This document shows, one piece after another, positions 1 through 10,199 of a stretch of 64,000 nt of DNA (position 1 is the stretch's first letter; every line of letters begins with the position of its first letter). The notes under the pieces were generated by a model. It did not search any database and had not been told where the DNA came from. It saw only the letters and a program-made list of their open reading frames with translations. This DNA is from Minisyncoccota bacterium (GTDB lineage: Bacteria > Patescibacteriota > Minisyncoccia > Minisyncoccales > GWA2-38-27), in NCBI GenBank assembly GCA_028697015.1, contig JAQVFW010000001.1:3603-67602 (forward strand), written 5' to 3'. The position numbers and the translations under genes were made by a program.

Positions 1-13
1 AAAGGTGATCTTT

Positions 14-562
14 ATGGCCTGTAAAGCAGCGATTGCTATAGATGTTGACAACTTGCTTATTTCATCTGCCATGGCGGGCCAAAAATTTAAAGGTTATAAC
101 TTGAAATCTGGATTCGAAAATATGATTGCCTGGGTTAGGACATTTTCAGATATTCTGTGTGTCCACTTATATATCTCTTTTGCTCAATGCCTAAGAAACG
201 ATGATTTATTCCATGATCTTTGGGAAGAATATAAGAATGAATTTGTTTTCGAAATTATTTATTGTCCTAAAAGAAAAGAAGAAGGCGGAAAAAAAGACAA
301 TGTCGACCAGCATTTGATCGACCACACAAAAAGAATGGTTTCGCTTTGGACTCCTGAAACCAAATATTTCTGCCTCGGTTCGGGAGACCTTGATTATTCT
401 TCTTTATTATGGAAACTGAAAAGGGAACATGAAAAAGAAATTGCCTTTATTCTTGGCAGCAAAAGATCTTTTTCAGGGGCCTACAGGCAAATGGATCTTG
501 TGGGAAAGCACCCGATATCAAATGAGGATTTAATACATTATTTTTTACCAAGAGATAATTGA
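14..562 (+). CDS. NYN/LabA-like (PIN-like nuclease fold) domain protein
   Basis: ORF track 5..562 (GTG at 5; ATG at 14 lies 8 nt after AAAGG). The acidic motif pattern IAIDVDNL ... NVDQHLIDH ... LGSGDLDY resembles NYN/LabA-type domains. The stop sits inside an intrinsic terminator. The true 5' end could lie upstream of the window. Confidence 0.45.
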   Translation: MACKAAIAIDVDNLLISSAMAGQKFKGYNLKSGFENMIAWVRTFSDILCVHLYISFAQCLRNDDLFHDLWEEYKNEFVFEIIYCPKRKEEGGKKDNVDQHLIDHTKRMVSLWTPETKYFCLGSGDLDYSSLLWKLKREHEKEIAFILGSKRSFSGAYRQMDLVGKHPISNEDLIHYFLPRDN

Positions 563-585
563 CGGAAAATTTCCGTCTTTTTTTT
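561..585 (+). terminator. intrinsic terminator
   Basis: Hairpin GACGGAAAATTTCCGTC (561-577) followed by a T8 tract. Confidence 0.75.
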
Positions 586-603
586 GCAATTTTTTCTTCC
601 TAC

Positions 604-632
604 TTGACAATATTTTATTTCTATGGTAAAAG
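604..632 (+). promoter_or_regulatory. sigma70-like promoter of the GC-rich orphan gene
   Basis: TTGACA (604-609), 17-nt spacer, extended -10 TGgTAAAAG (624-632). Confidence 0.5.
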
Positions 633-727
633 AGAAGCAGATCTTTCACAATTTTTTTGTTTGGCAGTGTTGTCAAGCGGGTTGTGAGCTTCTTTCTCTT
701 TTTGTCCTTATAGGACAGGAGAAAAAA

Positions 728-2314
728 ATGACTACTCTTAGAGGAGGTCTGGAGGGGAACAACCGTTTTTCTCTGGACCTTGAGACCGTGGCCAAGAAGG
801 CCGCTTCTCAAAAGGAAATCTCTCTGAGGTTTCCTAAAAAAAGCGTTTCTTCCAAGGAGGGGATGGACAGCAAGGAGCTGTCCAGTTACGTCAACGACAT
901 TGCTCAAGGGGCCTATGAGTGGATTTCCACCGTTGCCCAGCCCTTTCTAAGGGAACTTGAGCAGGATATGGTTGAGATCGGACAGGAGGTCTGTCTTGAC
1001 CGGTGTTCTGACGGGGAAGAGACAAGGCAAGAGCGTCAGGTGGACTATGAGTCCACTATCTACGCTCTTCGGAGGTTTTCTCCCCAGAACGACGGAATCC
1101 TTCGCAATGAGGCGGAGATTTCCGGAAGAGGAGCTTTCGTCGAAGCCCTTTGTAAAAGGGTAAGACAAACAACGGAAGTCGCCATTCTCGTTGACGAGAT
1201 CATTTGTTCCGAGGACAAGAAGTCCTTGGAGGCGATTCTTTCGGAAGCCAAGGATGGCCTTGGAAAGGATTCCAATAAAGTTTTTCTTTCCTCTTCGGAC
1301 AAGGAGTCGGACTTCAGGGCTTTCGGAAAGCCCTACAAGGTTGCTGAGTCGGCCTTTGGTCGACATCGTGACTTTGCGGTCCAGAAGCTTTCGGAAGCCG
1401 TTGTTTCCCGTTCTAGGGAGATCGCCTCGGCTTTCAAGGCCGAAGTCCAGAAACAGAAACAGGAGGTTTCTGCCGTCGTCGAGACGGATGTCTCGCCAGA
1501 GGAACTTTTCTTTGGTGACGACGTCGAGGGTAAGACAGCCCGACTCGTTTGGAGGTACCAGGGAAGGTACCAGAACGTGATTCGCGTCCGCCGACAGGGT
1601 GATCGGCTTTACGTTCTTGACGTCGTTGGTCCCGGACCCGAGGAGGCCCTTAAGGAGATGAAAAAGAGGCATTCTGAGCCTCATATTCTTCTCCGGTCGG
1701 TTCTCCATTCTGACGGAGAACACCTCTGTCCTTCCAAGGGTGGGTCTCACTACCTTTTCGGGATGTATATCAAGGAAGATTACATCCTCGCCATGGCCCG
1801 CTGGATCCGGACGGCTGCAGGTTTCTGCATGCCCAATCGGCTCCATTCGGATGACAAGGAAAAGTCCTCCGAAAACGGCAACGGCAACAGTCCACTTGAA
1901 GACGCCGACGGCAAGGAAGCCGTTTCTGCAGAAGTGTTCTACTTCCGCAAGAATGGTGGGGGCGGGACGATTCAGATTGTCCTGCCGGTGGATTTCGTTC
2001 TCAGTCTCCCTGAGGTGAAAAACGAAGACATGGATGTCGTCGCCCCCGAGAGGAAGGTCAGCTTGACTTCTCCCGCAACAATTACGGTCCGTCGGACCGT
2101 TGTCAAGGGAGAGCCCAGAATCGTTGTCGATGAGTGCGACAGCGAAGAGGCAAAGAAGGAGCTTTGTCTTAATGGAATCGTCGGTCCTGCCTGGCAGGAC
2201 GATCCCAAAAAGAAGGGCTGGCAAGGATTGCCGGCACCCCTTCCCTCGATTCTCGCGTTTGGATACAAACAGGCCACTCTCTCTGGAGAGCTCAAGCCAA
2301 ACAAGAAAAACTAG
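728..2314 (+). CDS. orphan 528-aa soluble Arg/Glu-rich protein with atypical high-GC composition
   Basis: Part of ORF 623..2314. ATG at 728 is preceded by AGGAGAAAAAA. It has its own promoter and terminator, no TM segment and no motif I recognise. A hand count gives 32/60 G+C at 1501-1560. Confidence 0.6.
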   Translation: MTTLRGGLEGNNRFSLDLETVAKKAASQKEISLRFPKKSVSSKEGMDSKELSSYVNDIAQGAYEWISTVAQPFLRELEQDMVEIGQEVCLDRCSDGEETRQERQVDYESTIYALRRFSPQNDGILRNEAEISGRGAFVEALCKRVRQTTEVAILVDEIICSEDKKSLEAILSEAKDGLGKDSNKVFLSSSDKESDFRAFGKPYKVAESAFGRHRDFAVQKLSEAVVSRSREIASAFKAEVQKQKQEVSAVVETDVSPEELFFGDDVEGKTARLVWRYQGRYQNVIRVRRQGDRLYVLDVVGPGPEEALKEMKKRHSEPHILLRSVLHSDGEHLCPSKGGSHYLFGMYIKEDYILAMARWIRTAAGFCMPNRLHSDDKEKSSENGNGNSPLEDADGKEAVSAEVFYFRKNGGGGTIQIVLPVDFVLSLPEVKNEDMDVVAPERKVSLTSPATITVRRTVVKGEPRIVVDECDSEEAKKELCLNGIVGPAWQDDPKKKGWQGLPAPLPSILAFGYKQATLSGELKPNKKN

Positions 2315-2338
2315 TTGCCCGTTTGGGTAGCTGGTCAA

Positions 2339-2372
2339 GACGCCGAAAAGGAATTCGGCGTCTGTTTTTTTT
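2339..2372 (+). terminator. intrinsic terminator
   Basis: GACGCCGAA-aaggaa-TTCGGCGTC stem-loop (2339-2362) followed by TGTTTTTTTT. Confidence 0.85.
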
Positions 2373-2462
2373 GAAAAAAATTCTAAGTTTTTATATTTTT
2401 TTAAAAAGAAGAACTTGATTTGAAATTGAAATAATCTTATGCTATGCTATTAATATAAAAAA

Positions 2463-3074
2463 ATGAATATATTTTGGCATACTAAAACATGCGTTGAAAT
2501 AAACGCGGTTCCAAAAAAAGACGGGGCGGTAAATATAATAATAGACCCCTTGAATAAAGAAGAAGCGTCCCGCGGAAAAAAAATGAAGGCAGACGTTTTT
2601 TTGTTTACAAAAAAAGAAAAAAGAAAACAAGAAAATGAAGGCTTTATTATTGACGGTCCCGGAGAATATGAAATAAAAGAAATTTTTATCAAAGGAATTG
2701 AAATCTCTCCTTCTTTAACAATTTACCTTATTACGGCAGAAGACATAACTCTTTGTCATCTCGGATTAATTAATCAGGACGAACTTTCAAATTCTCAAGT
2801 TGAAGAGTTGGGAGACATTGATGTTTTATTTTTACCGGTTGAAGGAGAAGAATGTATTGATGCAAAAAAAGCGGCAAAGATTATGGGACAGCTAGAACCA
2901 AGAATTACCGTTCCGGTAAATTACAAAGAACAGGGAATAAAATCAAAAACAAGCGGATTAAAGTCATTTTTGGATAATTTGGGGATAAAATCTCCTGAAT
3001 CGTCTTCCAAACTTTCTTTAAAGAAAAAAACAATTTTGGAAGAAAATTCAAAGGTTGTTATTTTGACAAGTTAA
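2463..3074 (+). CDS. MBL-fold metal-dependent hydrolase-like protein (UPF0173-like)
   Basis: ORF track. The size and layout (WHTKTCVEI ... DVFLFT ... DVLFLPV ... AAKIMGQLEPRITVPVNY) resemble short beta-lactamase-fold hydrolases common in small genomes. Confidence 0.5.
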   Translation: MNIFWHTKTCVEINAVPKKDGAVNIIIDPLNKEEASRGKKMKADVFLFTKKEKRKQENEGFIIDGPGEYEIKEIFIKGIEISPSLTIYLITAEDITLCHLGLINQDELSNSQVEELGDIDVLFLPVEGEECIDAKKAAKIMGQLEPRITVPVNYKEQGIKSKTSGLKSFLDNLGIKSPESSSKLSLKKKTILEENSKVVILTS

Positions 3075-3090
3075 AGTATCTTTTGCTTTC

Positions 3091-3420
3091 ATGGGATTTT
3101 TAGAAAAAATCAGAAGCAAGCCGAAGAAAACAAGATTAATAATTTTATGGTCGATTATTATTCCCGTAGGAATAATTTTTGCTTTTTTTTGGATTAAGAT
3201 TACGGCAAGCGCTATAAGAGAATTGTCGGCAGTAACTTTTCCACAAACAGAGGAAGAATTCTTTTCTTCAGAAATTTTAGAAGAAAGCATGGAGAGTATG
3301 AAAATGTTTTTTAATGAAGAAGAAATTAAAAAAATACTAGAAGAAGAAGAATTGGAAACAATGTTTGAAAAAGAAGAAGAAAATCAAAAAGAAGAAATAA
3401 AAGAGGAAAATGAAAAATAA
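3091..3420 (+). CDS. membrane-anchored protein with highly acidic C-terminal tail
   Basis: ORF track. One N-terminal TM ([20 protein letters not shown]) followed by a Glu-rich tail. Overlaps the gyrA start by 11 nt. Confidence 0.4.
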   Translation: MGFLEKIRSKPKKTRLIILWSIIIPVGIIFAFFWIKITASAIRELSAVTFPQTEEEFFSSEILEESMESMKMFFNEEEIKKILEEEELETMFEKEEENQKEEIKEENEK

Positions 3421-5878
3421 ACCGGATAAAAATAATTTAGTCAAGAGCGGGGGCATACAGGACAGAGAAATAGTTGAGGAAATGAAAACTTCTTACATTG
3501 ACTATGCGATGTCTGTAATTGTATCTCGCGCTCTTCCCGATGTAAGAGACGGATTAAAGCCGGTCCATAGACGCATTCTTTATACTATGCTTGAAGAGGG
3601 ATTAAGGCATAATGCGAAATTTAGAAAATCGGCGACCGTAGTCGGTTCTACGCTTGGCCGTTATCATCCCCATGGAGATATGGCGGTCTATGATGCTTTA
3701 GTCAGAATGGCCCAGGATTTTTCGCTTCGTTACCCTCTTATTCAGGGACAAGGAAATTTCGGTTCAATAGACAACGATCCTGCTGCTGCCCCCAGATATA
3801 CGGAATGTAAAATGTCAAAAATCGGGGAAGAAATGCTTTTGGGAATTGAGAAAGGAACTGTGGATTTTACCGAGAATTATGATGGAACAAGAAAAGAGCC
3901 GGCTGTTTTGCCTTCTCCTTTGCCTCAGCTTATCTTAAACGGCTCTATGGGAATTGCCGTTGGAATGGCTACAAATATTCCTCCTCATAATTTAAGGGAG
4001 GTTGCCGATGCTTTAATTTATCTAATAGACAATCCCGATGCTTCTTCTGAGGATCTTTTTAAATTTGTAAAAGGGCCTGATTTTCCAACCGGCGGGATAA
4101 TATTCGGAAAAAAAGACATAATTTCCGCTTATTCACAGGGAAAAGGACCGATAGTTGTGAGAGGAAAGGCGGAAATAAAAGAAGATAAATCGGGGAAAAA
4201 TCAGATTATAATAAACGAAATTCCTTATCAGACCCAAAAGTCGTCTTTGGTTGAGCAGTTTGCAAGATTAGTGAAAGAGAAGAAATTAATTGGGATAAAA
4301 GATATTAGGGATGAATCAGACAAAGAAGGAATGAGGGTTGTTTTTGACCTTCAAAGAGATGCTTTTCCTCAGAAAATTTTAAATAAGCTTTATAAATTTA
4401 CCGATTTGCAAAGAACATTTCATTTGAATATGCTTGCTCTTACCGAAAGAGTTCAGCCGAAAGTTTTGTCTTTATCTGAAGTTCTTTCTCAATTTATAGC
4501 TCACCGCAAAGAGGTAATTGTGAGAAGAACAAAGTATGAGCTTCAAAAAGCGAAAGAGAGATACCATATTTTAGAAGGTCTTCATAAGTGCCTTTCTAAA
4601 ATTGACGAGGTGATAAAAATAATCAAGGCCTCTTTAAACAGGGAAGACGCTCTGAAGAATTTAATCAAAAGATTTAAACTTTCGGAAATACAAGCAAACG
4701 CTATTTTGGATACAAAGCTTTCTTTTTTAGCCCGTCTTGAAAGAAAAAAAATAGAAGACGAATTGAAAGAAATAGAAAAGCAGATGAAAGAGTTAATGGC
4801 AATATTAAAAAGCCCGAAAAAAGTGGAAGATATTTTTAAGAAAGAAACGCTGGAAGTAAAAGAGAAATTCGGCGATGAAAGAAAAACTAAGTTTTCTGTT
4901 CAGGGAGCGGAAGAAATTGCCGAAGAGGACCTTATTCCTCATGAAGAAACAATCATTACTCTTACAAAAGGAGGATATATTAAAAGAATAAACCCTAATA
5001 CTTATAAAATACAAAAGAGAGGAGGCAAGGGAATTTTGGGAATGAAAACAATGCAGGAGGATATTGTTGAACATTTCCTTCTTGCTGATACCCATGATTC
5101 ACTTCTGTTCTTTACCGATTCGGGAAAGGTTTTTAGAACCATGGTTTATGATATTGCCGAAGGAACGAGAGTTGCAAGAGGACGCGGCCTTTTGAATTTT
5201 ATTGATATTACCCCAAATGACAAGATACTTTCGATAATGGCTCTTTCAAAAGAAGAAACAAAGTCGGGAGTGAAGAATTTGTTGATGGTTACGGAAAATG
5301 GTATAATTAAAAGGACAGAACTGGAACAGTTTAAGAATGTAAGAAAAACGGGTCTTATCGCTATAAAACTGAAAAAGGGAGATTTGCTTAAGAATGTTTT
5401 TAAAACAACAGGAGAAGATGAAGTTGTTCTTATTACAAGAAAAGGGTTGTCCATAAAATTCAAAGAAAAGGATATAAGAGAAATGGGACGGTCTGCCAGC
5501 GGGGTAAAAGCAATGGGACTAAAAAAAGAAGACAAAATTGTTGGCGGGTGCGCCATAAGACCAGAAAAAGAAAAAGAAGAATATCTTCTTGTTCTAACAG
5601 AGAAAGGATTTGGCAAAAAGACAAATGTTAAAGAATATCGGCTTCAAAAAAGAGGAGGGTCCGGAATCAAAGCGGCAAACATCAACCCAAAGACAGGAGA
5701 TCTTGTTTTCGCCCAGATTCTTTACGGAGATGAGGAAGATTTGATTATCATTTCCAGAAAAGGGCATATTATAAGAACGGGTATTTCTTCTATCCCAAAG
5801 TTAGGAAGGGCCACCCAGGGAGTGAGAATAATGAAGCTTGAGCCGGGAAACGGCGCTGCTTCTGCAATATGCATATGA
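3410..5878 (+). CDS. gyrA: DNA gyrase subunit A
   Basis: [18 protein letters not shown], the active-site region AAAPRYTE and C-terminal beta-pinwheel repeats. 822 aa. Confidence 0.97.
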   Translation: MKNKPDKNNLVKSGGIQDREIVEEMKTSYIDYAMSVIVSRALPDVRDGLKPVHRRILYTMLEEGLRHNAKFRKSATVVGSTLGRYHPHGDMAVYDALVRMAQDFSLRYPLIQGQGNFGSIDNDPAAAPRYTECKMSKIGEEMLLGIEKGTVDFTENYDGTRKEPAVLPSPLPQLILNGSMGIAVGMATNIPPHNLREVADALIYLIDNPDASSEDLFKFVKGPDFPTGGIIFGKKDIISAYSQGKGPIVVRGKAEIKEDKSGKNQIIINEIPYQTQKSSLVEQFARLVKEKKLIGIKDIRDESDKEGMRVVFDLQRDAFPQKILNKLYKFTDLQRTFHLNMLALTERVQPKVLSLSEVLSQFIAHRKEVIVRRTKYELQKAKERYHILEGLHKCLSKIDEVIKIIKASLNREDALKNLIKRFKLSEIQANAILDTKLSFLARLERKKIEDELKEIEKQMKELMAILKSPKKVEDIFKKETLEVKEKFGDERKTKFSVQGAEEIAEEDLIPHEETIITLTKGGYIKRINPNTYKIQKRGGKGILGMKTMQEDIVEHFLLADTHDSLLFFTDSGKVFRTMVYDIAEGTRVARGRGLLNFIDITPNDKILSIMALSKEETKSGVKNLLMVTENGIIKRTELEQFKNVRKTGLIAIKLKKGDLLKNVFKTTGEDEVVLITRKGLSIKFKEKDIREMGRSASGVKAMGLKKEDKIVGGCAIRPEKEKEEYLLVLTEKGFGKKTNVKEYRLQKRGGSGIKAANINPKTGDLVFAQILYGDEEDLIIISRKGHIIRTGISSIPKLGRATQGVRIMKLEPGNGAASAICI

Positions 5879-6390
5879 TTTTTTTAAATCCTGAAGAAGT
5901 TTTAAATAAAATTGAAATTAAAGAAGATATGATTGCCGCTGACTTTGGCTGTGGTTCAGGAGGATTTACTTTTCCTTTGGCAAAAAAGCTCAAAAAAGGA
6001 TTTGTTTACGCTGTTGATATTCAAGAACTTCCTTTGTCTGCTATGAGAGGAAGGGCAAATATGGAAAGCATAAGCAATATTGATTTTATTTTAGGAGATA
6101 TAGAGAATAAATTAGATATACAGGAAAATTCCCTTGATATTGTTACAATTATAAACGTCCTTTTTCAAATTGAAGATAAAAAAGCCGTAATTGGAGAGGC
6201 ATTAAGGTTGCTCAAAAAAGGAGGCAAAATGATTATTGTTGATTGGGATAAAAAAGCAAAAATGCAACTTGTGGAAGAAAAGGTTTCTTTGGATGAAATA
6301 AAAGAAATTGCCAAAGATAAGGGCTTTGCTATTGAAGAAGAATTCAAGGCAGGCACTCATCACTGCGGAGTTATATTTAAAAAAATATAA
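5869..6390 (+). CDS. class I SAM-dependent methyltransferase
   Basis: Motif [11 protein letters not shown], then VDI and [12 protein letters not shown]. Overlaps the gyrA end by 10 nt. Confidence 0.7.
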   Translation: MHMIFLNPEEVLNKIEIKEDMIAADFGCGSGGFTFPLAKKLKKGFVYAVDIQELPLSAMRGRANMESISNIDFILGDIENKLDIQENSLDIVTIINVLFQIEDKKAVIGEALRLLKKGGKMIIVDWDKKAKMQLVEEKVSLDEIKEIAKDKGFAIEEEFKAGTHHCGVIFKKI

Positions 6391-6396
6391 AAATAT

Positions 6397-6624
6397 ATGG
6401 GTAAATTTACAAAAAGAGAAATTGAAAGAAAAGTTGGAAAAATGCCGCTTACAAGAAGCGAGAAAGAATATGTAAAGCAGGTTTTTGGCGGCTATGATTA
6501 TCCCTCAAGTAAGGGAGTTACAAAAGAAGAATATAAGAAAGGAATGGAAGAAATGAAAAAGAATACGAGAGATTCTATTAATGACAGGAAACTGAAGATA
6601 ATAGAAAGACACTTGAAGAAATAA
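6397..6624 (+). CDS. small Lys/Glu-rich hypothetical protein
   Basis: ORF track only. Tightly packed between neighbouring genes. Confidence 0.3.
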   Translation: MGKFTKREIERKVGKMPLTRSEKEYVKQVFGGYDYPSSKGVTKEEYKKGMEEMKKNTRDSINDRKLKIIERHLKK

Positions 6625-6641
6625 AAAAATCTGAAAAATAC

Positions 6642-7640
6642 ATGGTTTTTATTTGGACAGCAATTTTTTTTCTTTCGGTCTTTGTTCTTGTCAAAGGAGC
6701 TGATTTTCTTATTTCAAGCGCGGAAAAGATCGGTCTTTCAATGGGTTTTTCTCCTTTTATAATCGGAGTTACTATTGTCGGGCTTGGAACCTCTTTTCCT
6801 GAGCTCATTACCTCTTTTGTTGCTGCTTTTAAGGGAGCCCAGGAAATTATTGTTGCAAATGCAGTCGGTTCAAATATTGTAAATATACTTCTTGTTGTCG
6901 GACTTTCTGCTATTGTAGGCAGAAAGCTTGTTGTTACTAAAAGCTTGATAGATATTGACTTGCCTCTTCTTGCAATAGGGACAGTTTTGTTTCTTGGGAT
7001 TGTCTTTGATAAAGAAATTACAATAGGGGAATCTTTTCTTATGGTTATAACCTACGGAGGATATTTGCTTTATACAGCTTTTCATAGAGAAGAAGATGAT
7101 GATAAGGAAGAGGAAGAATTTTCCGGTATTTTGCCTTCAAGACAGACAAGAAGGAAAGAGAAAGTTTCTCTGAAAAATGAAGCTCGACCAAAAGTTTCTT
7201 ATAAAGATTTTCTAATTCTTTTTGCCGGAATAGTAAGTTTACTTTTGGGTGCCAAGTATCTTATTGATTCGCTTGTGGAATTGTCAAAGATTCTCAATAT
7301 TGCCCCTAGTATTATCGCCGTTACAGCGGTTTCCCTTGGAACTTCTCTGCCGGAATTGATTGTTTCAGTAAAGGCCGCTTTAAAGAAAAAAGCAGAACTT
7401 GCTCTTGGCAATATTTTTGGATCCAATGTTTTTAATATGTTTATAGTAGTTGGGCTTCCGGGTCTTTTTTTCTCTTTAACGGTTGAAGATCAAATTTACA
7501 CAATTGGTATTCCTACAATGGCTCTTGCCACTCTTCTTTTTGTTATTTCCGGAATTTCAAGAAAGATTCATATGTGGGAAGGGGCTTTTTATCTTTCATT
7601 ATACGTTTTATTTATAGCAAAGCTTTTTAATTGGTTTTAA
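6642..7640 (+). CDS. Ca2+/Na+ antiporter (CaCA/YrbG family)
   Basis: Two alpha-repeat signatures GTSFPEL and GTSLPEL, about 10 TM segments and a central acidic loop. Confidence 0.8.
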   Translation: MVFIWTAIFFLSVFVLVKGADFLISSAEKIGLSMGFSPFIIGVTIVGLGTSFPELITSFVAAFKGAQEIIVANAVGSNIVNILLVVGLSAIVGRKLVVTKSLIDIDLPLLAIGTVLFLGIVFDKEITIGESFLMVITYGGYLLYTAFHREEDDDKEEEEFSGILPSRQTRRKEKVSLKNEARPKVSYKDFLILFAGIVSLLLGAKYLIDSLVELSKILNIAPSIIAVTAVSLGTSLPELIVSVKAALKKKAELALGNIFGSNVFNMFIVVGLPGLFFSLTVEDQIYTIGIPTMALATLLFVISGISRKIHMWEGAFYLSLYVLFIAKLFNWF

Positions 7641-7778
7641 AAACAATTTCTTTTTTAATAGTCCGCTTACGGCGGATTCTTTAATTTATAGATCTGCTAG
7701 CTATAATTTTCCAAAAATCAAATAAAAAAGGCGCATAAACTTAATTTTTTTTAAAAAGCAAAATAGCATTTTATCATT

Positions 7779-10196
7779 ATGAAAAAATACGAACCGAAAA
7801 AAATAGAGCAAAAATGGCAGAATGTTTGGGAGAAAAAAGGCGTTTTTAAAGCAAAGGATTTTTCAAAGAAAAAAAAGCTCTATTTGCTTGTTGAGTTTCC
7901 ATATCCTTCAGGAGAAGGGCTTCATGTCGGACATTGCCGGAGCTTTACGGCTTTTGACATTATTGCCCGGAAAAAAAGAATGGAGGGTTATAACGTCCTT
8001 TATCCTATTGGCTGGGATGCTTTCGGATTGCCGACAGAAAATCATGCTATTAAAAAAGGACTTCATCCGTCTGTTATCACAAAGAAAAATACAGACACTT
8101 TCAGACGCCAGTTGAAAAAGGCGGGTTTTTCTTTTGATTTTTCAAGAGAGATAAACACAACAAATCCAGATTATTATAAATGGACCCAGTGGATATTTAT
8201 ACAAATGTTTAAAAAAGGGCTTGCATACAAAGACAAAATGGACATTAATTGGTGTCCTTCCTGTAAAATAGGACTTGCTAACGAGGAAGTTATTTCCGGG
8301 AATTGCGAAAGATGCAATACAAAAGTGGAAAAAAAAGAGAAAGAACAATGGATGCTGAGAATTACAAAATATGCCGACCGCCTGATTAAGGATCTTGATC
8401 TTGTTGATTATCTTGAAAAGATAAAAATCCAGCAGAAAGAATGGATAGGAAAATCGGAAGGTGCTTTGGTTAAATTCTACATTGAAGAAATAAAAGAATA
8501 TGTCGAGGTTTTTACCACAAGAATAGATACTATATTTTCGGGAACTTTTTTAATACTGTCCCCCGGGCACAAAATAATAGAAAAGCACAAGGATAAAATC
8601 AAGAATATTAAGGAGGTTATGGAATACCATAGAAAGGCAAAAAATACTTCCGATATAGACAGAACAAATATTGAAAAAGAAATAACCGGAGTTAAATTAG
8701 AGGGCCTTACTGCCATAAATCCGGCTACAAATGAAAAAATGCAAGTTTGGAGCGCTGATTTTGTTCTTGAACATTATGGTTCAGGAGCCGTTTTTGCCGA
8801 TGCTCATGATATCAGAGATTTTAAGATGGCAAAGATTTATAACCTGCCTTTGAAAATATCCCTTATTCCAAAAGATAAGGATTTGGCTAGAAAAGTTGAA
8901 AATTTTGAAGAATGTTTTGAAGGAGAAGGGACTCTTTGCAATTCAATGCAATTTGACGGCATTTCTTCTTCTTTGGCAAGACCGCTTATTATTTCCTTTT
9001 TAAAGAAAAAAGGCCTTGCTAAGGAAAAAACCGTTTATAAATTAAGGGATTGGGTTTTTTCAAGACAGCATTATTGGGGAGAGCCGATTCCGATGGTTTT
9101 TTGCAAGAAGTGCGGATGGACGGAAATTCCTGAAAAGGAACTTCCTTTAAAATTGCCCGACGTTAAAAAGTATCAGCCGTCAAACACCGGAGAGTCCCCC
9201 CTTTCTTTAATTCCTTCTTTTGTTAATACAAAATGTCCAAAGTGCAAAGGAGAGGCAAAAAGGGAAACGGACACTATGCCAAATTGGGCCGGCTCTAATT
9301 GGTATTTCCTTCGCTATCTGGATGTAAAAAACAATAAAAAACTGGCGGATTCAAAAAAGATAAAATACTGGATGCCGGTTGATTGGTATAACGGAGGAAT
9401 GGAACATGTTACTTTGCATTTGCTTTACTCCCGTTTTGTTTATAAATTTCTGTGGGATATTAACGCTGTTCCAAAAGAAATAGGGAAAGAACCTTATAAA
9501 AAAAGAACTGCCCAAGGAATGATTTTGGGACAAGGAGGAATCAAGATGTCAAAATCAAAGGGCAATGTTGTAAATCCCGAGGAAATAATAGATAAATGGG
9601 GAAGCGATGTTTTCAGAGTTTATATCATGTTCATGGGTCCTTTCGAGCAGGCCATTTCATGGGATTCCAAAGGAATAAAAGGAGCAAGAAGGTTTTTGGA
9701 AAAGGTTTTTGCAATTTCCGTTTCAGAGGAAGTTTCTTCTGGAATTAAAAAAAATCTTCAAAAGACAATAAGAAAAGTTTCAAAAGACATAGACGCTTTA
9801 AAGTTCAATACGGCGATAAGCTCTCTGATGGAATTTTCCAATTCTTTAAAAGATGGAAAAATTGACAAAGAGAATTTCAAGGATTTTCTTAAAATTCTCT
9901 CTCCCTTTGCTCCTCATCTTTGCGAGCATTTATGGAATGAAAATAAATTTAAAGATCTTTGCCTTTCTTCCTTTTGGCCAAAATTTAGCAAAGAATTAGA
10001 AAAAGAAAAAGAGTTGGAAATCGTTGTTCAGGTAAATGGAAAATTAAGGGCGAAACTTCTTCTCCCTATTGACATTTCAGAGGAAGAAGCTAAAAAGGTG
10101 GCATTGTCAAACGAAAAAGTGAAAAGCAACATAGGAGAGAAAAAAATAAAAAGGGTTGTATTTGTGCCTAAAAAGCTAATTAACTTTGTTATATAA
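7779..10196 (+). CDS. leuS: leucyl-tRNA synthetase
   Basis: HVGH (HIGH-type) and KMSKS motifs, CP1 editing region and Zn-knuckle cysteines. 805 aa. Confidence 0.97.
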   Translation: MKKYEPKKIEQKWQNVWEKKGVFKAKDFSKKKKLYLLVEFPYPSGEGLHVGHCRSFTAFDIIARKKRMEGYNVLYPIGWDAFGLPTENHAIKKGLHPSVITKKNTDTFRRQLKKAGFSFDFSREINTTNPDYYKWTQWIFIQMFKKGLAYKDKMDINWCPSCKIGLANEEVISGNCERCNTKVEKKEKEQWMLRITKYADRLIKDLDLVDYLEKIKIQQKEWIGKSEGALVKFYIEEIKEYVEVFTTRIDTIFSGTFLILSPGHKIIEKHKDKIKNIKEVMEYHRKAKNTSDIDRTNIEKEITGVKLEGLTAINPATNEKMQVWSADFVLEHYGSGAVFADAHDIRDFKMAKIYNLPLKISLIPKDKDLARKVENFEECFEGEGTLCNSMQFDGISSSLARPLIISFLKKKGLAKEKTVYKLRDWVFSRQHYWGEPIPMVFCKKCGWTEIPEKELPLKLPDVKKYQPSNTGESPLSLIPSFVNTKCPKCKGEAKRETDTMPNWAGSNWYFLRYLDVKNNKKLADSKKIKYWMPVDWYNGGMEHVTLHLLYSRFVYKFLWDINAVPKEIGKEPYKKRTAQGMILGQGGIKMSKSKGNVVNPEEIIDKWGSDVFRVYIMFMGPFEQAISWDSKGIKGARRFLEKVFAISVSEEVSSGIKKNLQKTIRKVSKDIDALKFNTAISSLMEFSNSLKDGKIDKENFKDFLKILSPFAPHLCEHLWNENKFKDLCLSSFWPKFSKELEKEKELEIVVQVNGKLRAKLLLPIDISEEEAKKVALSNEKVKSNIGEKKIKRVVFVPKKLINFVI

Positions 10197-10199
10197 AAT

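Noticed and set aside
947-2338. 463-aa ORF on the minus strand, antisense to the GC-rich gene, plus several 68-129-aa ORFs in other frames (957..1163, 1060..1302, 1191..1580, 1740..2018, 1972..2304, 2100..2330).
   Set aside because: Promoter, RBS and terminator all serve the plus-strand frame. The antisense translation is Leu/Arg/Gly-rich low-complexity typical of a shadow ORF. It is open only because the codon-aligned sense gene avoids TTA/CTA/TCA. It is kept as evidence of codon bias, not as a gene.
700-2340. A 1.6-kb GC-rich island in an AT-rich genome could be a 16S rRNA gene or another large structured RNA.
   Set aside because: I found none of the universally conserved 16S blocks (for example GTGCCAGCAGCCGCGGTAA or AAGTCGTAACAAGGTA). 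The region has an uninterrupted 528-codon frame with an RBS.
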